A stretch of 64,000 bases of DNA from Nitrospirota bacterium (GCA_963703955.1 CAVPGK010000014.1:1-64000); one strand, 5' to 3'. Positions 18,110-28,305 are shown, counted from the first letter of the stretch. Translations and numbers: made by a program. The notes: generated by a model from the letters alone, not told the origin.

Positions 18110-19588
18110 TTACTGAGGCTTAGAAACGCTCTGCGGTAGCCCGCTGTTGGCTTTTTCCCTTTCAGCCCGCTGTTCCTCGACCAGTTTATACGCGATGTAG
18201 TACTTGTAGATGTTGGCCACGTACGTGACCGTCTCTTCCCCGATCCGTTTCGCGGCGATGATCTCGACGTTGTTGAACCAGACGTTCGGATCGAGCCCGC
18301 GTTTCTCCGCTTCCTTCCGAAGTTTCTGAACTCGGCCGGGCCCGGCATTGTACGCGGCGAACGAGAACAGGATTTTATTCCGCGCGTCCATGGGCTGATT
18401 TTCGAAGAATTGGTCTCGGAGCAAACGGATATATTTGATGCCGGCATGGATGTTCGGTTCAAGCTGGCCAATGTCGCCGGTCTTCATCTCGTTGCCGGTG
18501 GCGGGCATCAGTTGCATCACCCCGATCGCTCCAACATCGCTTCGGGCATTCTGATCGAGCAGGGATTCCTGGTAGCCCTGGGCGATCATCAAGAGATAGT
18601 CCATGTCATACTGGGCGCCGTATTTGCGAAAGAACTCGACCGTATTCTTGAATTTCTTGATCTCGCCGGACGACGTGGCCTGTTTTACGACCCGCGGATT
18701 ACCATCGCCGCCGTATTTTTTGATGAGCGCCTTGCCGAGGTCGGATTTCTGGCCATGTTTTTTGGCGAACCCGGCAATCTCCGCTTTCAACTTCGGGCTG
18801 TCTTTACGGATCATCCAGGCGAGGTCCCCTCCCTTGTTGACGACGACATCTTCGTGGGGTTTAAGCTTCTTGAAGACCTTCGCCCAGAGGAGGGCTTGGT
18901 AGCGATCTACCACGATGATTTCGACGAGCCCGGCATTGACCATTTCCAGCAGATCGTCATCCTGCAGATCCTCCGGTGCGGCCTTGAGCACCACCGGCGG
19001 TTTCTGCTCTTGCGCGAACTGCTCGTTGAGATGTTCCAGGTGAGTCCAGTAGCTCGATGACTTGCGGACGAACACCTCCTTGCCTGAGAGGTCATCGACG
19101 GAGGCCAGTGGGGGTGATGCAGGTCCCGTCACGGCGATTTCTTTGACGCCTCGGAAAAAGGGCTCGCCGAAGTCGACTTTTTCGAGACGTTCCGGTGTGA
19201 CGGTCAAGATGCCGGCCGCAATATCGCCGCGCCCTTCCAGCAGTCCAGGGATCAGCTGGTCGCGCGGTGTCGGAATAATGACCACATGGATAAGAATGTG
19301 CTTGCCTTTTGTCTTGTAACGATTGTTGATTTCTTCCTGGAAAGCCTTGAGGAGTTCATATTCGGCGCCGGTCTGCCTGGCGCCGCTGAGCCAGTATGAC
19401 GTGCGAGACGGAGCCACGAGCGCGCGAATGACGCGACGCTCGATCATCCCGTCGAGGTCACCCGTCCAAGGCTTGAGGATAATGGACGAAGTCAGTTCAT
19501 GTTCTTGCGGTAGTTGTTGATCGTAGGCGAGAGAAGAAATCGACAACGAGATGAAGACGCATACGACGCGCAGTGAAATGAGCCTCAT
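18110..19588 (-). CDS. MltF-like lytic transglycosylase with solute-binding domain
   Basis: SBP family 3 N-terminus. SLT motifs YQES, GAIGVMQL, AAYNAGPG, ETVTYV. Confidence 0.9.
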   Translation of the reverse strand: MRLISLRVVCVFISLSISSLAYDQQLPQEHELTSSIILKPWTGDLDGMIERRVIRALVAPSRTSYWLSGARQTGAEYELLKAFQEEINNRYKTKGKHILIHVVIIPTPRDQLIPGLLEGRGDIAAGILTVTPERLEKVDFGEPFFRGVKEIAVTGPASPPLASVDDLSGKEVFVRKSSSYWTHLEHLNEQFAQEQKPPVVLKAAPEDLQDDDLLEMVNAGLVEIIVVDRYQALLWAKVFKKLKPHEDVVVNKGGDLAWMIRKDSPKLKAEIAGFAKKHGQKSDLGKALIKKYGGDGNPRVVKQATSSGEIKKFKNTVEFFRKYGAQYDMDYLLMIAQGYQESLLDQNARSDVGAIGVMQLMPATGNEMKTGDIGQLEPNIHAGIKYIRLLRDQFFENQPMDARNKILFSFAAYNAGPGRVQKLRKEAEKRGLDPNVWFNNVEIIAAKRIGEETVTYVANIYKYYIAYKLVEEQRAEREKANSGLPQSVSKPQ

Positions 19589-19604
19589 GGAGTATGTCCG
19601 CTTC

Positions 19605-19625
19605 AAGATGGGTCCCTGGCACCCT
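19605..19625. repeat. REP-like motif upstream of the mltF-like gene
   Basis: AAGATGGGTCCCTGGCACCCT, same orientation as 18034-18053. Confidence 0.5.
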
Positions 19626-19898
19626 CACGCGACCAAGCGGAGCGAGGCTAACATTCGTGAGTTGATGAGGTCAAGAAGGTGCTCGGCACAGAAGAGCCAA
19701 ACCCTGTCACGTGCCAGAATTGTACTCAGCCCCAGGTGGTGAAGGACATGGTGCCGCGAACCATTTGCTGTGAGGCGGCGAGACTTCCCTCTCTCATGCT
19801 AGACGATAAGGGATCGGGAGTCGTTTCAACCGAGGGCAGGGCGGTGAGGAGGGTTGAGACGAACAAGCCTCTGGTGCTATTAACTATTCAATGGCAGC

Positions 19899-20126
19899 AT
19901 GCTGATGACAGCCAAAGCAGTCAGGCCGAAGATGCGAGGCCTCATGCTGTCCAACACACCGGTGTGGGTCATTTTCGCCTATGGTGGCGGTATGTTTGCC
20001 ATAGCGACACTGGTCTTATTGCTCTACCGGCCTCGGGCTTGGGACCGAGCTGTGCTGGGTGGCGTTTTCACAGGAGCGAGCTTGATGTTTTCGGGCGTGT
20101 TCTGGTTCGCATGGCTCGGGCGCTAG
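19899..20126 (+). CDS. Small hypothetical membrane protein (2 TM)
   Basis: Two hydrophobic segments. Start uncertain. Confidence 0.4.
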   Translation: MLMTAKAVRPKMRGLMLSNTPVWVIFAYGGGMFAIATLVLLLYRPRAWDRAVLGGVFTGASLMFSGVFWFAWLGR

Positions 20127-20281
20127 ATGAATCCACTGGGCGCGATCCTGCTCCTAGGAACACTGAAGCCAGAAAAAAGGACTAGTGGGGAGAAATGGGG
20201 AGCAGTGCTGTTCATTCGGGGGGATGTAGTCACGCGTTCCGGATGCCAAGGTCGGCGATTATTTCTTTGCAAGGAGGACAT

Positions 20282-21028
20282 ATGACCATCATTAATCGCA
20301 GCGCGACGCTACTCGGTAGTACGGTCATCGTCTTTACCGTGAGCAGTGTCAGTATGGCTCAGCAGTGGAACGGCCCACCCGGCCCAAATGGCGCCATCTG
20401 GCGGCCGGCGAACGTGGCGATTGGCTCGGAGCCCACGACGGGAGGTGGCGCAAAAGCGCTCCTCGAGGTCAATCGTCCACTGTCGGGAGGGACTGAATTG
20501 TTGTTCAGCGCACGAATGACCTACAAGGAGAGCACAGGCGACGTCTTCGAGATCGATACACTGCGGGCCTACGCCGGAGGAGCCAGGAGTAAGGAAAACG
20601 TCCTCCCGAACGGCACAGACCTCGCCGTCCATGGCACAGCAGTCATCGGCACCGCCTCCATCAATGAGCGTGTCACGAGTGATTACAAACTCGTCGTGGG
20701 GGGCAAGATCTTGGCCGAGGAGCTGAAGATCAAATTGGTCAAAGACTGGGCTGACTATGTGTTCCGCACCGACTATCCGCTACAAAGTCTGCCGGAGGTT
20801 GAAGACTTCATCCAGGCACACCATCACCTGCCGGATATTCCCAGCGCGGCCGAAGTGGAACGAGGCGGCATTAGTCTTGGGGAGATGCAGTCGAAGCTCC
20901 TCCTCAAGATCGAAGAGTTGACGCTCCATCTGATCGACGAGCACAAGACCATTGAGACCTTACAGCGCAAGCTCGCAACCTTGGAACATAGCCATGGACA
21001 CAGGCCGCCTACAGATCGCCAAGAATAA
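20282..21028 (+). CDS. Secreted protein with C-terminal tail-fibre/peptidase S74-like chaperone and coiled coil
   Basis: GGAGG RBS, signal peptide, YKLVVGGKILAEE..WADYVF..HLPDIPSA..LLLKIEELTL. Confidence 0.8.
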   Translation: MTIINRSATLLGSTVIVFTVSSVSMAQQWNGPPGPNGAIWRPANVAIGSEPTTGGGAKALLEVNRPLSGGTELLFSARMTYKESTGDVFEIDTLRAYAGGARSKENVLPNGTDLAVHGTAVIGTASINERVTSDYKLVVGGKILAEELKIKLVKDWADYVFRTDYPLQSLPEVEDFIQAHHHLPDIPSAAEVERGGISLGEMQSKLLLKIEELTLHLIDEHKTIETLQRKLATLEHSHGHRPPTDRQE

Positions 21029-21057
21029 TGGGTCCGAATCGAAGAAAGGATACGCAC

Positions 21058-21960
21058 ATGAAGAGCACCCGAGCCTGGATTCTTGCAGTCTCACTGCCCG
21101 CCATGATCGTGCCTGCGGCCTCTGGAGCATCGGAATTGTCGGTTAACGAGGTGCGGGAATCCGGGACGACCAAGGAGTATGTCCATCACGACACGATTCT
21201 CTTCACCGACGGGTTTTGGGCAAAAGCCGGATCGGTTGTGAACGCCAGGATCGAGGGAGCAATCCTTCTTCAAATGACGGACGAACCACCGCCGGGTAGT
21301 CTTCCTCCTCCTCGCGTAGATTTCGTAGATCCTCTGCCCTACGGTCAGCCCGGTGATAGGACGGTGGCGGTCAAGATTGGGTTAAACGCGAACCTCCCTA
21401 ATCCGGCGGCATACTATGCGGTCAACATGATCGAGATTCAGGAGGGAGGGGACAATCCTTGCCTTCTGAGACTCTGGGGGAACATGGTGGACCCGCGTTT
21501 TTCGAAAGATCAGGATCGCAGAATTGTTGCCGGCTATGTGCTCGACAAGTGCAAGAGCTTGACCACACATGTTGATATGGAGAGGGCTGGGTTCGAACCA
21601 TCCCAAAACAGGTTCATTCGGGGCCTTAGAATCTGCCGTCATCAACACCTATTATCGAATGATTTTGAGATGAAGGGGCTCGGGGTTGTCGCGGGTGAGG
21701 TGTCGTCAACGAACGAAGAGGTGACGGCACTGGATGTCCAGGACAAATTTAAGCGGGCCAACTGCCCGGACCGTCAGGCCTTTAGCAACGAGGCTGGATG
21801 GACCCAATGGGTCGCCTGTCTTGATGAGCAACAACAACTGGTCACGGGGGTGGTCCTGTACATACACGAAGACAAGTGGTTTTCGGGTATGAACGTCCTG
21901 TGCAGGTACGTTCGGGAGCTCTACGGGCCTATCCCGGCAAAGGATGAGAAGGGGTACTGA
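21058..21960 (+). CDS. Hypothetical secreted Cys-containing protein
   Basis: Long ORF with AAGGA RBS and signal peptide. Confidence 0.7.
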   Translation: MKSTRAWILAVSLPAMIVPAASGASELSVNEVRESGTTKEYVHHDTILFTDGFWAKAGSVVNARIEGAILLQMTDEPPPGSLPPPRVDFVDPLPYGQPGDRTVAVKIGLNANLPNPAAYYAVNMIEIQEGGDNPCLLRLWGNMVDPRFSKDQDRRIVAGYVLDKCKSLTTHVDMERAGFEPSQNRFIRGLRICRHQHLLSNDFEMKGLGVVAGEVSSTNEEVTALDVQDKFKRANCPDRQAFSNEAGWTQWVACLDEQQQLVTGVVLYIHEDKWFSGMNVLCRYVRELYGPIPAKDEKGY

Positions 21961-22136
21961 CGATTAGCGGGGCGAGGCATAGATCCGCTTATCCCAGGTC
22001 GCTCAGAAACAACTTTAGACAAGCGGCTACCGACCTCTCGATCTGGCCGTCTTGTGGTCTTGCCAGCACGTGCGCGGGGAAGAGTGAGAACGTTTAGATT
22101 GGTATCTGCCGGATGCGCGTTGCTTCAGCCTTCGCG

Positions 22137-22799
22137 CTAGGCTGCCCCAGACAGGATCCGGCGCCTCAGCCAGCCGAGGCCGAAGAGGCCAAGCGACCCG
22201 GTACCGAACAGCACGAACGCTGACGGTTCAGGAACAACGTTGATTGCGCCGCGAACCTCGCCCCCGGCGAACTGGGTGGTGTGGAAGTTGATGTACGAGT
22301 TGCCAGACAGGATGTTGGTCAACTGCGCACTCAGCGTCGTGTTGTTGCCTTCCGGCTCGTCCCACTTGCCGCTGATCATCCCCCCAACCCCGGTGGAAAA
22401 CGGAGTGAACACGACGTCGTTGGGATTGTTGTCGTTAAACGGCGTCCCGAAGAAACCCCAGACGACCGGCGCATTGGTGGTCGGAGTGACATTTGCAGCA
22501 GCATGGATGTGTGCCACGGTTAGATTGTCGTTAATGTCGGGCGTTTGGGAGCCCGTGAAATCGATGTTGAAGATTGTGGAGGAAAACGTCATGGCTGTCA
22601 TCGCGTCGTTCAACGCAAACGTCGCGGTGCCGAATGACGCCGGCCTGGGGGCCCCGGTAGAGGTCGTGGGAATCGCCGGCGGGTTCTCCTGAGAATTTGT
22701 GAGGTCTGCAAACAAGATACTGGCTGCATGGGCACTGGTGCCCGCGAACAGCACCATCACCAGAGACACAAAAAAGAGAGTTGGGCGCAGTCGTAACAT
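22137..22799 (-). CDS. CHRD-domain protein with PEP-CTERM sorting signal
   Basis: SQENP, AHIH, YINFHT..GGEVRG. C-terminal VPEP, TM segment and RRR. Confidence 0.88.
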   Translation of the reverse strand: MLRLRPTLFFVSLVMVLFAGTSAHAASILFADLTNSQENPPAIPTTSTGAPRPASFGTATFALNDAMTAMTFSSTIFNIDFTGSQTPDINDNLTVAHIHAAANVTPTTNAPVVWGFFGTPFNDNNPNDVVFTPFSTGVGGMISGKWDEPEGNNTTLSAQLTNILSGNSYINFHTTQFAGGEVRGAINVVPEPSAFVLFGTGSLGLFGLGWLRRRILSGAA

Positions 22800-22898
22800 G
22801 GCTACCCTCCTTTGAACAATGATAGTGATGATGTTGAACGATGACATACTTTCAACCCATTGGTCGTGTCAAGAGGCTTATGCTGTCCAGACGCTCAA

Positions 22899-25691
22899 TC
22901 AAGTTTGCCGTCCAGCGAAACGGGCGTTCATGACCTTCCGTATCTCCTCCGCGACCAAGAGACCGAGGGCTCCGAGAATAGGGAAGACCCATGCCCTTAA
23001 GGGGAATGGGTTTGTTCCAAGAATAAAGTTCCCGAACGGTGCGTAGACAAAGAGGAGCAGCAAGACCAGTTCCGCGGCGATGCCCCAGAGGATAAATGGA
23101 TTGCTCAGGAGTCCGACCCGAAACATGGAGGCGCGTTCCGATCGGCAGGCAAACACATTGGCGACCTGACCGACCACGATAGCCGCTAGCGTCACCGTCG
23201 TAGCCTGTTGGTATAGCGGATCGGACCAGTCCAAAGGGGTCCCCCATGTCCAGCCATGTCGACCGAGAAACCAGAAGAAGGCCCCCATCGCGATGCCGGC
23301 CTCGATCAATCCGAGAAAAGCATACGCGCGCAGGAGCAAGGGTTGGTTCAGCAAGCGCTCAGACCGTGGGCGCGGCGGGACTTCCATGGTCTCAGGGTCT
23401 GGTCGTTCAGCGCCCAAGGCGAGGGCCGGCAGCATATCGGTGCCCAAATCCACAGCGAGAATCTGCGGCACGGTAAGAGGCAAGGGGATGGCAAAGAGGC
23501 CGTACCCGAGAAACGGTACCATTTCAGGAACGTTGCTGGAGAGGACGTAGGTGACGAATTTGCGGATGTTCGCATAGACGGCACGTCCTTCTTCAATCGC
23601 ATTCACGATTGTTGCAAAATTATCGTTCAACAGAATCATGTCGGCAGTTTCTTTGGCCACATCCGTGCCGGTCTGGCCCATCGCGATTCCAATGTCGGCC
23701 CTCTGAAGAGCGGGAGCGTCGTTTACTCCGTCTCCGGTGACGGCGACCACCTCGCCCATTTCCTTCAACATCGACACGATGCGCATCTTGTGGCGAGGGC
23801 CCATCCGAGCAAACACCGGCTCCGGTTCTCCGGGACGCGTTGGGGTCAGCAGATCCTTGAGGGCAGGGTCGCTCATCGCATCCACCTGCGGGCCGTCAAT
23901 CACAGCGGCGAACGCGACGGACTCCCGTTCCGACTCGACCGGGACGAGCCCGACCTTGCGGGCGACCGCCAAGGCCGTCAACGGATGATCGCCGGTAATC
24001 ATCATGACGCGGACGCCGGCCCGCCTGCAGCGCGCGATTGCTTCGGGAACCTCGCGATGCGGAGGATCCATCAGAGCCACCAGGCCCAGGAACGTCAGGT
24101 TGCGCTCCACCGCGTCGGGACTGAGGTGCTGGGCGCCGCCCGCCTCAATCGTTCTCGTCGCCACCGCAAGGACGCGGTACGCCTGGCGAGCATAGAGCCG
24201 GCTCTGCTCGAGTACAGATCCACGCTCGCTGGGTGTCATGGGAATGACTACGCCCCGGATCATGGTGGCGCTGCAAAGGGGGACTATGAACTCCGGGGCC
24301 CCCTTGACAAAGGCGACCAGCTTTCCGTCCATCCAGTGGAGCGTGCTCATACGCTTACGTTCCGTATCAAAGGGCAGTTCTCCAATCCTGGATACTCGTT
24401 CCCGCTCGCCGGCGCCGTGCTCATAGGCGAACTCGACCAGGGCGACTTCCGTGGGATCTCCGCTGAAGGCGACACGGCCCTGCTGTCTGCGTATCCGTTT
24501 CGCATTGTTGCAGAGATTGATCGCCTGAAACAGAAGCTTCAAGCGGTCCCGGTCGAATATGTTGTACAGATGCCCTTTCCGTAGCAACAGATTGCCCCGC
24601 GCTTCGAGATCGACCCCATCCACATACAGGTGTTCGACCTGCATGCGGTTTTCGGTCAAGGTTCCCGTCTTATCGGTGCAAATCACAGTGGCGCAACCTA
24701 AGGTCTCCACGGACGTCAGGCGTTTGATGAGCGCGTGGCGCTTCGCCATACGTTGACTACCCATGGCGAGTGCCAGGGTCACGGTTGGCAGCAACCCTTC
24801 CGGCACATTGGCGACAATGATCCCGATGGCGAAAATGAAGCTGGCCCAAAATCCCATCCCCGTCGAGACGCCGACCATGAAAAAGAGCCCGCCCATCGCG
24901 GCGGCCAATATGGCCACGATATGAGTGACCCGCACGATCTCCCGCTGAAGCGGGCTGAGGTCCGGTTCCACAGCGGCGGTCAGCCGGGCGATTTTACCGA
25001 ACTCTGTGTGCAGACCTGTGGCGTAGACGATTCCACGGCCGTGTCCCGAGAGAACCGTGGTACCGGCAAAGACCAGATTGGGCGCTTCCAGCGGATCGAC
25101 GGCGGCAGAGTCAGTGACCGCCTGGGCTTGCCGGATCTTGGCGTGGACCTCACCCGTCAACGGCGCATTATCCACTCGCATCTGCACGGCTTCGACCAGT
25201 CGCGCATCCGCCGGAACCTGCTCGCCTTCCTCGAGCAACAACAAATCGCCGGGGACCAGGTCTTGCCGCGGCACCTGCTGTGTCTGCCCCGCGCGGATGA
25301 CCCATGCGGTCGAAGGGAGCAGACGGCGCAGCGCTTGTACGGCGCGCTCGGCCTTGTATTCCTGAATGAACGTAAAGAGGGCGTTGATGAGAATCACGCC
25401 GACAATCGCCCATCCCAGCGTCGCCATCCCTTGTCCGGGCTGAAGCGTGTGGGCGACAAAGGACAGGCCGGCGGCGATCCAGAGCAGGATGGCGAGAAAG
25501 TGTGTGAACTGGCGTGCGAACCTCCGTAGGAGCGAGGGGCCTTTGACCTGTTGCAGACTGTTCGGCCCGTGCGCAGCCAGGCGTCGCGGGACCTCCTCCG
25601 GCGAAAGACCCTCGGTAGAGGTATTGAGTTCCTTCAAAAGATCGCTGTCACGGAGCCGAAAGATTTCCACTTGGCTGGCATTCATTCTCAA
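22899..25691 (-). CDS. Cation-transporting P-type ATPase (P2-like)
   Basis: Motifs TGE, PEGL, DKTGT, KGAPE, TGD, GDGVND. Confidence 0.95.
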   Translation of the reverse strand: MRMNASQVEIFRLRDSDLLKELNTSTEGLSPEEVPRRLAAHGPNSLQQVKGPSLLRRFARQFTHFLAILLWIAAGLSFVAHTLQPGQGMATLGWAIVGVILINALFTFIQEYKAERAVQALRRLLPSTAWVIRAGQTQQVPRQDLVPGDLLLLEEGEQVPADARLVEAVQMRVDNAPLTGEVHAKIRQAQAVTDSAAVDPLEAPNLVFAGTTVLSGHGRGIVYATGLHTEFGKIARLTAAVEPDLSPLQREIVRVTHIVAILAAAMGGLFFMVGVSTGMGFWASFIFAIGIIVANVPEGLLPTVTLALAMGSQRMAKRHALIKRLTSVETLGCATVICTDKTGTLTENRMQVEHLYVDGVDLEARGNLLLRKGHLYNIFDRDRLKLLFQAINLCNNAKRIRRQQGRVAFSGDPTEVALVEFAYEHGAGERERVSRIGELPFDTERKRMSTLHWMDGKLVAFVKGAPEFIVPLCSATMIRGVVIPMTPSERGSVLEQSRLYARQAYRVLAVATRTIEAGGAQHLSPDAVERNLTFLGLVALMDPPHREVPEAIARCRRAGVRVMMITGDHPLTALAVARKVGLVPVESERESVAFAAVIDGPQVDAMSDPALKDLLTPTRPGEPEPVFARMGPRHKMRIVSMLKEMGEVVAVTGDGVNDAPALQRADIGIAMGQTGTDVAKETADMILLNDNFATIVNAIEEGRAVYANIRKFVTYVLSSNVPEMVPFLGYGLFAIPLPLTVPQILAVDLGTDMLPALALGAERPDPETMEVPPRPRSERLLNQPLLLRAYAFLGLIEAGIAMGAFFWFLGRHGWTWGTPLDWSDPLYQQATTVTLAAIVVGQVANVFACRSERASMFRVGLLSNPFILWGIAAELVLLLLFVYAPFGNFILGTNPFPLRAWVFPILGALGLLVAEEIRKVMNARFAGRQT

Positions 25692-25836
25692 CCCTTACAT
25701 GGGACATCCATTCCTGGCGAGTCCGACCGCCACGCAAGCAGCGGCCAGCGCAGCCTCGGTCCATGTTTTCTCGGGTCCGACCAATATTATCCAGTATGAG
25801 CTTGCCTGTCGCTAAAAAGTCTGTACGGCAATCTTT

Positions 25837-26931
25837 CTATCTCAAGACTCGGGCGATTTCATCCACGCAAAATTTCGGCACAGGGCGTGACCGGCCTTTG
25901 TCTTCGACCATCCTGACTCCCTCTCGTTCAGGAACGATGGTCCCGATTCTAGCGGCTGCAATGCCGGCACGGGCCAGCCGGCTCAAAATGGCCGACTCCC
26001 GTCTAGGATCGGCGCAGATGATCAACGCGCCGGATGCGATCGCTCCCAAGGGATTCATGCGGAAGTCCAGGCATAGCTGTTTTCCCTCCGGGAGCACGTG
26101 GATCGAAGCTTCTTCGACCTGTATTCCCACCCCTGCCGCTTCGGCAACCTCATAGAGCGCGGCGCTCAGCCCGCCTTCCGTGGGATCATGCATGGCGTGT
26201 ACGCCCCCGGCCTCAAGGGCGAGCGCTGCCTCGTCCACAATGCTCAGCCCCGGATTGAACAAATACTGTCGGCAGCGGGCCACGAACCGAGGGGCATAGC
26301 GACACCGCAAATCATCCCGTCGCTCACGAGCCAAAATCGAAACAGCTTCGATGGGAATCCCCTTCGTGAGGAGGATCACATCGCCGACTTGGGCGCCGGC
26401 GGTTGTGATCAGCCGGTCCTTTCGACATTCCCCGAGAAGGCATCCCACGACCACAGGCCTTGTCACGGCGGGCGTGATTTCTGTGTGCCCGCCGATCAAC
26501 GAGACCGCGAGCCGTCTACAACCCGCCTGCAGTTGGTCGAAGATGCGGGATACGTACCGCCTGGTCGTGGTTTGAGGAGGCAGCAAGAGCGTTGCCAGAA
26601 ACCATCGGGGGGTGGCGCCCATGGTGGCCAGGTCGTTCGCGTTGATCGTCAGCGCATAGGTCCCGATCTCCTCCGTGACAAATGTAATCGGGTCTGTCTT
26701 AGCGATCAGGTAGTGGCGGCCGATGTCTATGGCGGCTGCGTCGAGCCCGATGCCGGGTCCCACAGCCACCCGCGAGGCGCGGTGTCCAGGAAACCGCGCC
26801 TGCCGCGCGAGTAGGCTGCGAAGCAGAACGGCGGGGAGTTTCCCGACGGGAAGGATGTTGCGAACCGATGGTCGAGGTGATGAACGGCTTGGTGTTTTCC
26901 GAGTTTTTGAAGAAGAACTGGACATCTCCAC
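25837..26931 (-). CDS. AIR synthase-related (PurM/HypE/ThiL-like) protein
   Basis: Motifs KTDPIT, NANDLATMGATP, GGHTE, MHDPTEGG. Confidence 0.85.
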   Translation of the reverse strand: MEMSSSSSKTRKTPSRSSPRPSVRNILPVGKLPAVLLRSLLARQARFPGHRASRVAVGPGIGLDAAAIDIGRHYLIAKTDPITFVTEEIGTYALTINANDLATMGATPRWFLATLLLPPQTTTRRYVSRIFDQLQAGCRRLAVSLIGGHTEITPAVTRPVVVGCLLGECRKDRLITTAGAQVGDVILLTKGIPIEAVSILARERRDDLRCRYAPRFVARCRQYLFNPGLSIVDEAALALEAGGVHAMHDPTEGGLSAALYEVAEAAGVGIQVEEASIHVLPEGKQLCLDFRMNPLGAIASGALIICADPRRESAILSRLARAGIAAARIGTIVPEREGVRMVEDKGRSRPVPKFCVDEIARVLR

Positions 26932-26958
26932 GCCACGATCCAGCCGGATGAAAACAGG

Positions 26959-28305
26959 CTAGCTATGTTCATCGACTGATCGTGCCAGATCGCGGAGGGC
27001 TGCTGAGACCCTCACCGGGACGATAGCCGTGTCCTGAAGGTGTCGCAGCGGTTCAGGCAGGCGGGTCAGTTCTTCGGCGACTCTTGCGCGAACAGCCGGC
27101 AACGGGGCGGGAGGCGCCAACCTTCTCCCTGCCACAACGAATGGCTGAATCAGCGCTGTGCCTTCCTGCCGGTCATCAGCCAACGTGAGCACGTCGGCAG
27201 CGATGAAGCCCTGCGCGTCGTAGTGACGATACACCTGCTTCCGCCCCGGCCAGGTCGCCTTTCCCTCCGACCGCTTGCGGCGAGCGCGTCCCCCATATTC
27301 TTGCAACTTGTATACGCAGTCCAAGTAAGGGGCGTCGGCTGAGGTGGTCATGGCCGTGCCGAGGGCGAAGGTGTCGATCGGGGCGTGCTCGTCGCACAGC
27401 CTCCGCAAGGCGTACTCATCCAGACCACCGCTCGCGACGATCTGAACTTCCGAGAATCCACTCCGGTCCAGAATGCTCCGGACCTTCCGAGCGTGATCAG
27501 CGAGGTCCCCGCTGTCCAATCGCACGCCCTTGATTGTGATGCCTCTCTTTTTCAAGGCCTGGGCTAAGGTGATCACTTTTTCCGCGGCGGCTTCTGTGTC
27601 GTACGTATCGATCAAGAGCACGACGTTCTCGGGATGGGAGGATGCAAAATGCTCGAAGGCTTCAGTTTCATCGCGATGAGACTGTACGAAGGAATGCGCC
27701 ATCGTGCCGTAGACTGGAATGCCGAAGAGAGATCCTGCGAGCACCGTGGCCGTGCCGGAAAATCCGGCGAGGTAACTCGCCCGAGCCGCAAGCAGTCCGG
27801 CTTCCGCGCCGTGGGAGCGGCGCAACCCGAAATCGATGAGCGTCTTTCCCGGGGCTGCCAGCACTGAACGCGCCGCCTTGGAGGCGATCAAGGTCTGAAG
27901 GTGCAAGAGGTTTATCACACGGGTTTCCACCAATTGCGCCTGCGGCAGAGGCGCCGTGATGCGGAGTATCGGTTCGTCGGGGAAGAAGATGGTTCCTTCG
28001 GGCATGGCGTGCACATCCCCCGTGAAACGAAATTGCTCCAGATAGGTTACGAATGACTTGCTGAACCCGCCGCGACCAGCCAGCCACTCCAGATCCGACG
28101 GAACGAACCGAACATTCTCCACATACTCCAAGACCTGTTCCAAGCCTGCCGCTATCAAGAATCCGCGAGTTGGCGGCAGCTTGCGGACGAAGAATTCGAA
28201 AACCGCCGTGTCTTCCATCCCGTGCTCGACATAGGCTTGGAGCATGGTGAGTTGATAGAGGTCGGTGAGAAGGGCGCTGGTCTGAAGATTGACGGGAACG
28301 TTCAT
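26959..28305 (-). CDS. pncB: Nicotinate phosphoribosyltransferase
   Basis: Motifs LTDLYQLTM, DFGLRR, GTMAHS, LIDTYD, VRLDSGD. Confidence 0.95.
   Translation of the reverse strand: MNVPVNLQTSALLTDLYQLTMLQAYVEHGMEDTAVFEFFVRKLPPTRGFLIAAGLEQVLEYVENVRFVPSDLEWLAGRGGFSKSFVTYLEQFRFTGDVHAMPEGTIFFPDEPILRITAPLPQAQLVETRVINLLHLQTLIASKAARSVLAAPGKTLIDFGLRRSHGAEAGLLAARASYLAGFSGTATVLAGSLFGIPVYGTMAHSFVQSHRDETEAFEHFASSHPENVVLLIDTYDTEAAAEKVITLAQALKKRGITIKGVRLDSGDLADHARKVRSILDRSGFSEVQIVASGGLDEYALRRLCDEHAPIDTFALGTAMTTSADAPYLDCVYKLQEYGGRARRKRSEGKATWPGRKQVYRHYDAQGFIAADVLTLADDRQEGTALIQPFVVAGRRLAPPAPLPAVRARVAEELTRLPEPLRHLQDTAIVPVRVSAALRDLARSVDEHS

Noticed and set aside
20186..20216. Further REP-like candidates (also near 12492 and 44190)
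   Set aside because: Too degenerate to count by eye. Left for a motif scan.
5431..22800. Classical integron or CALIN attC array
   Set aside because: No intI, no consistent RYYYAAC...GTTRRRY sites seen by eye, and cargo genes lie on both strands. IntegronFinder would settle it.
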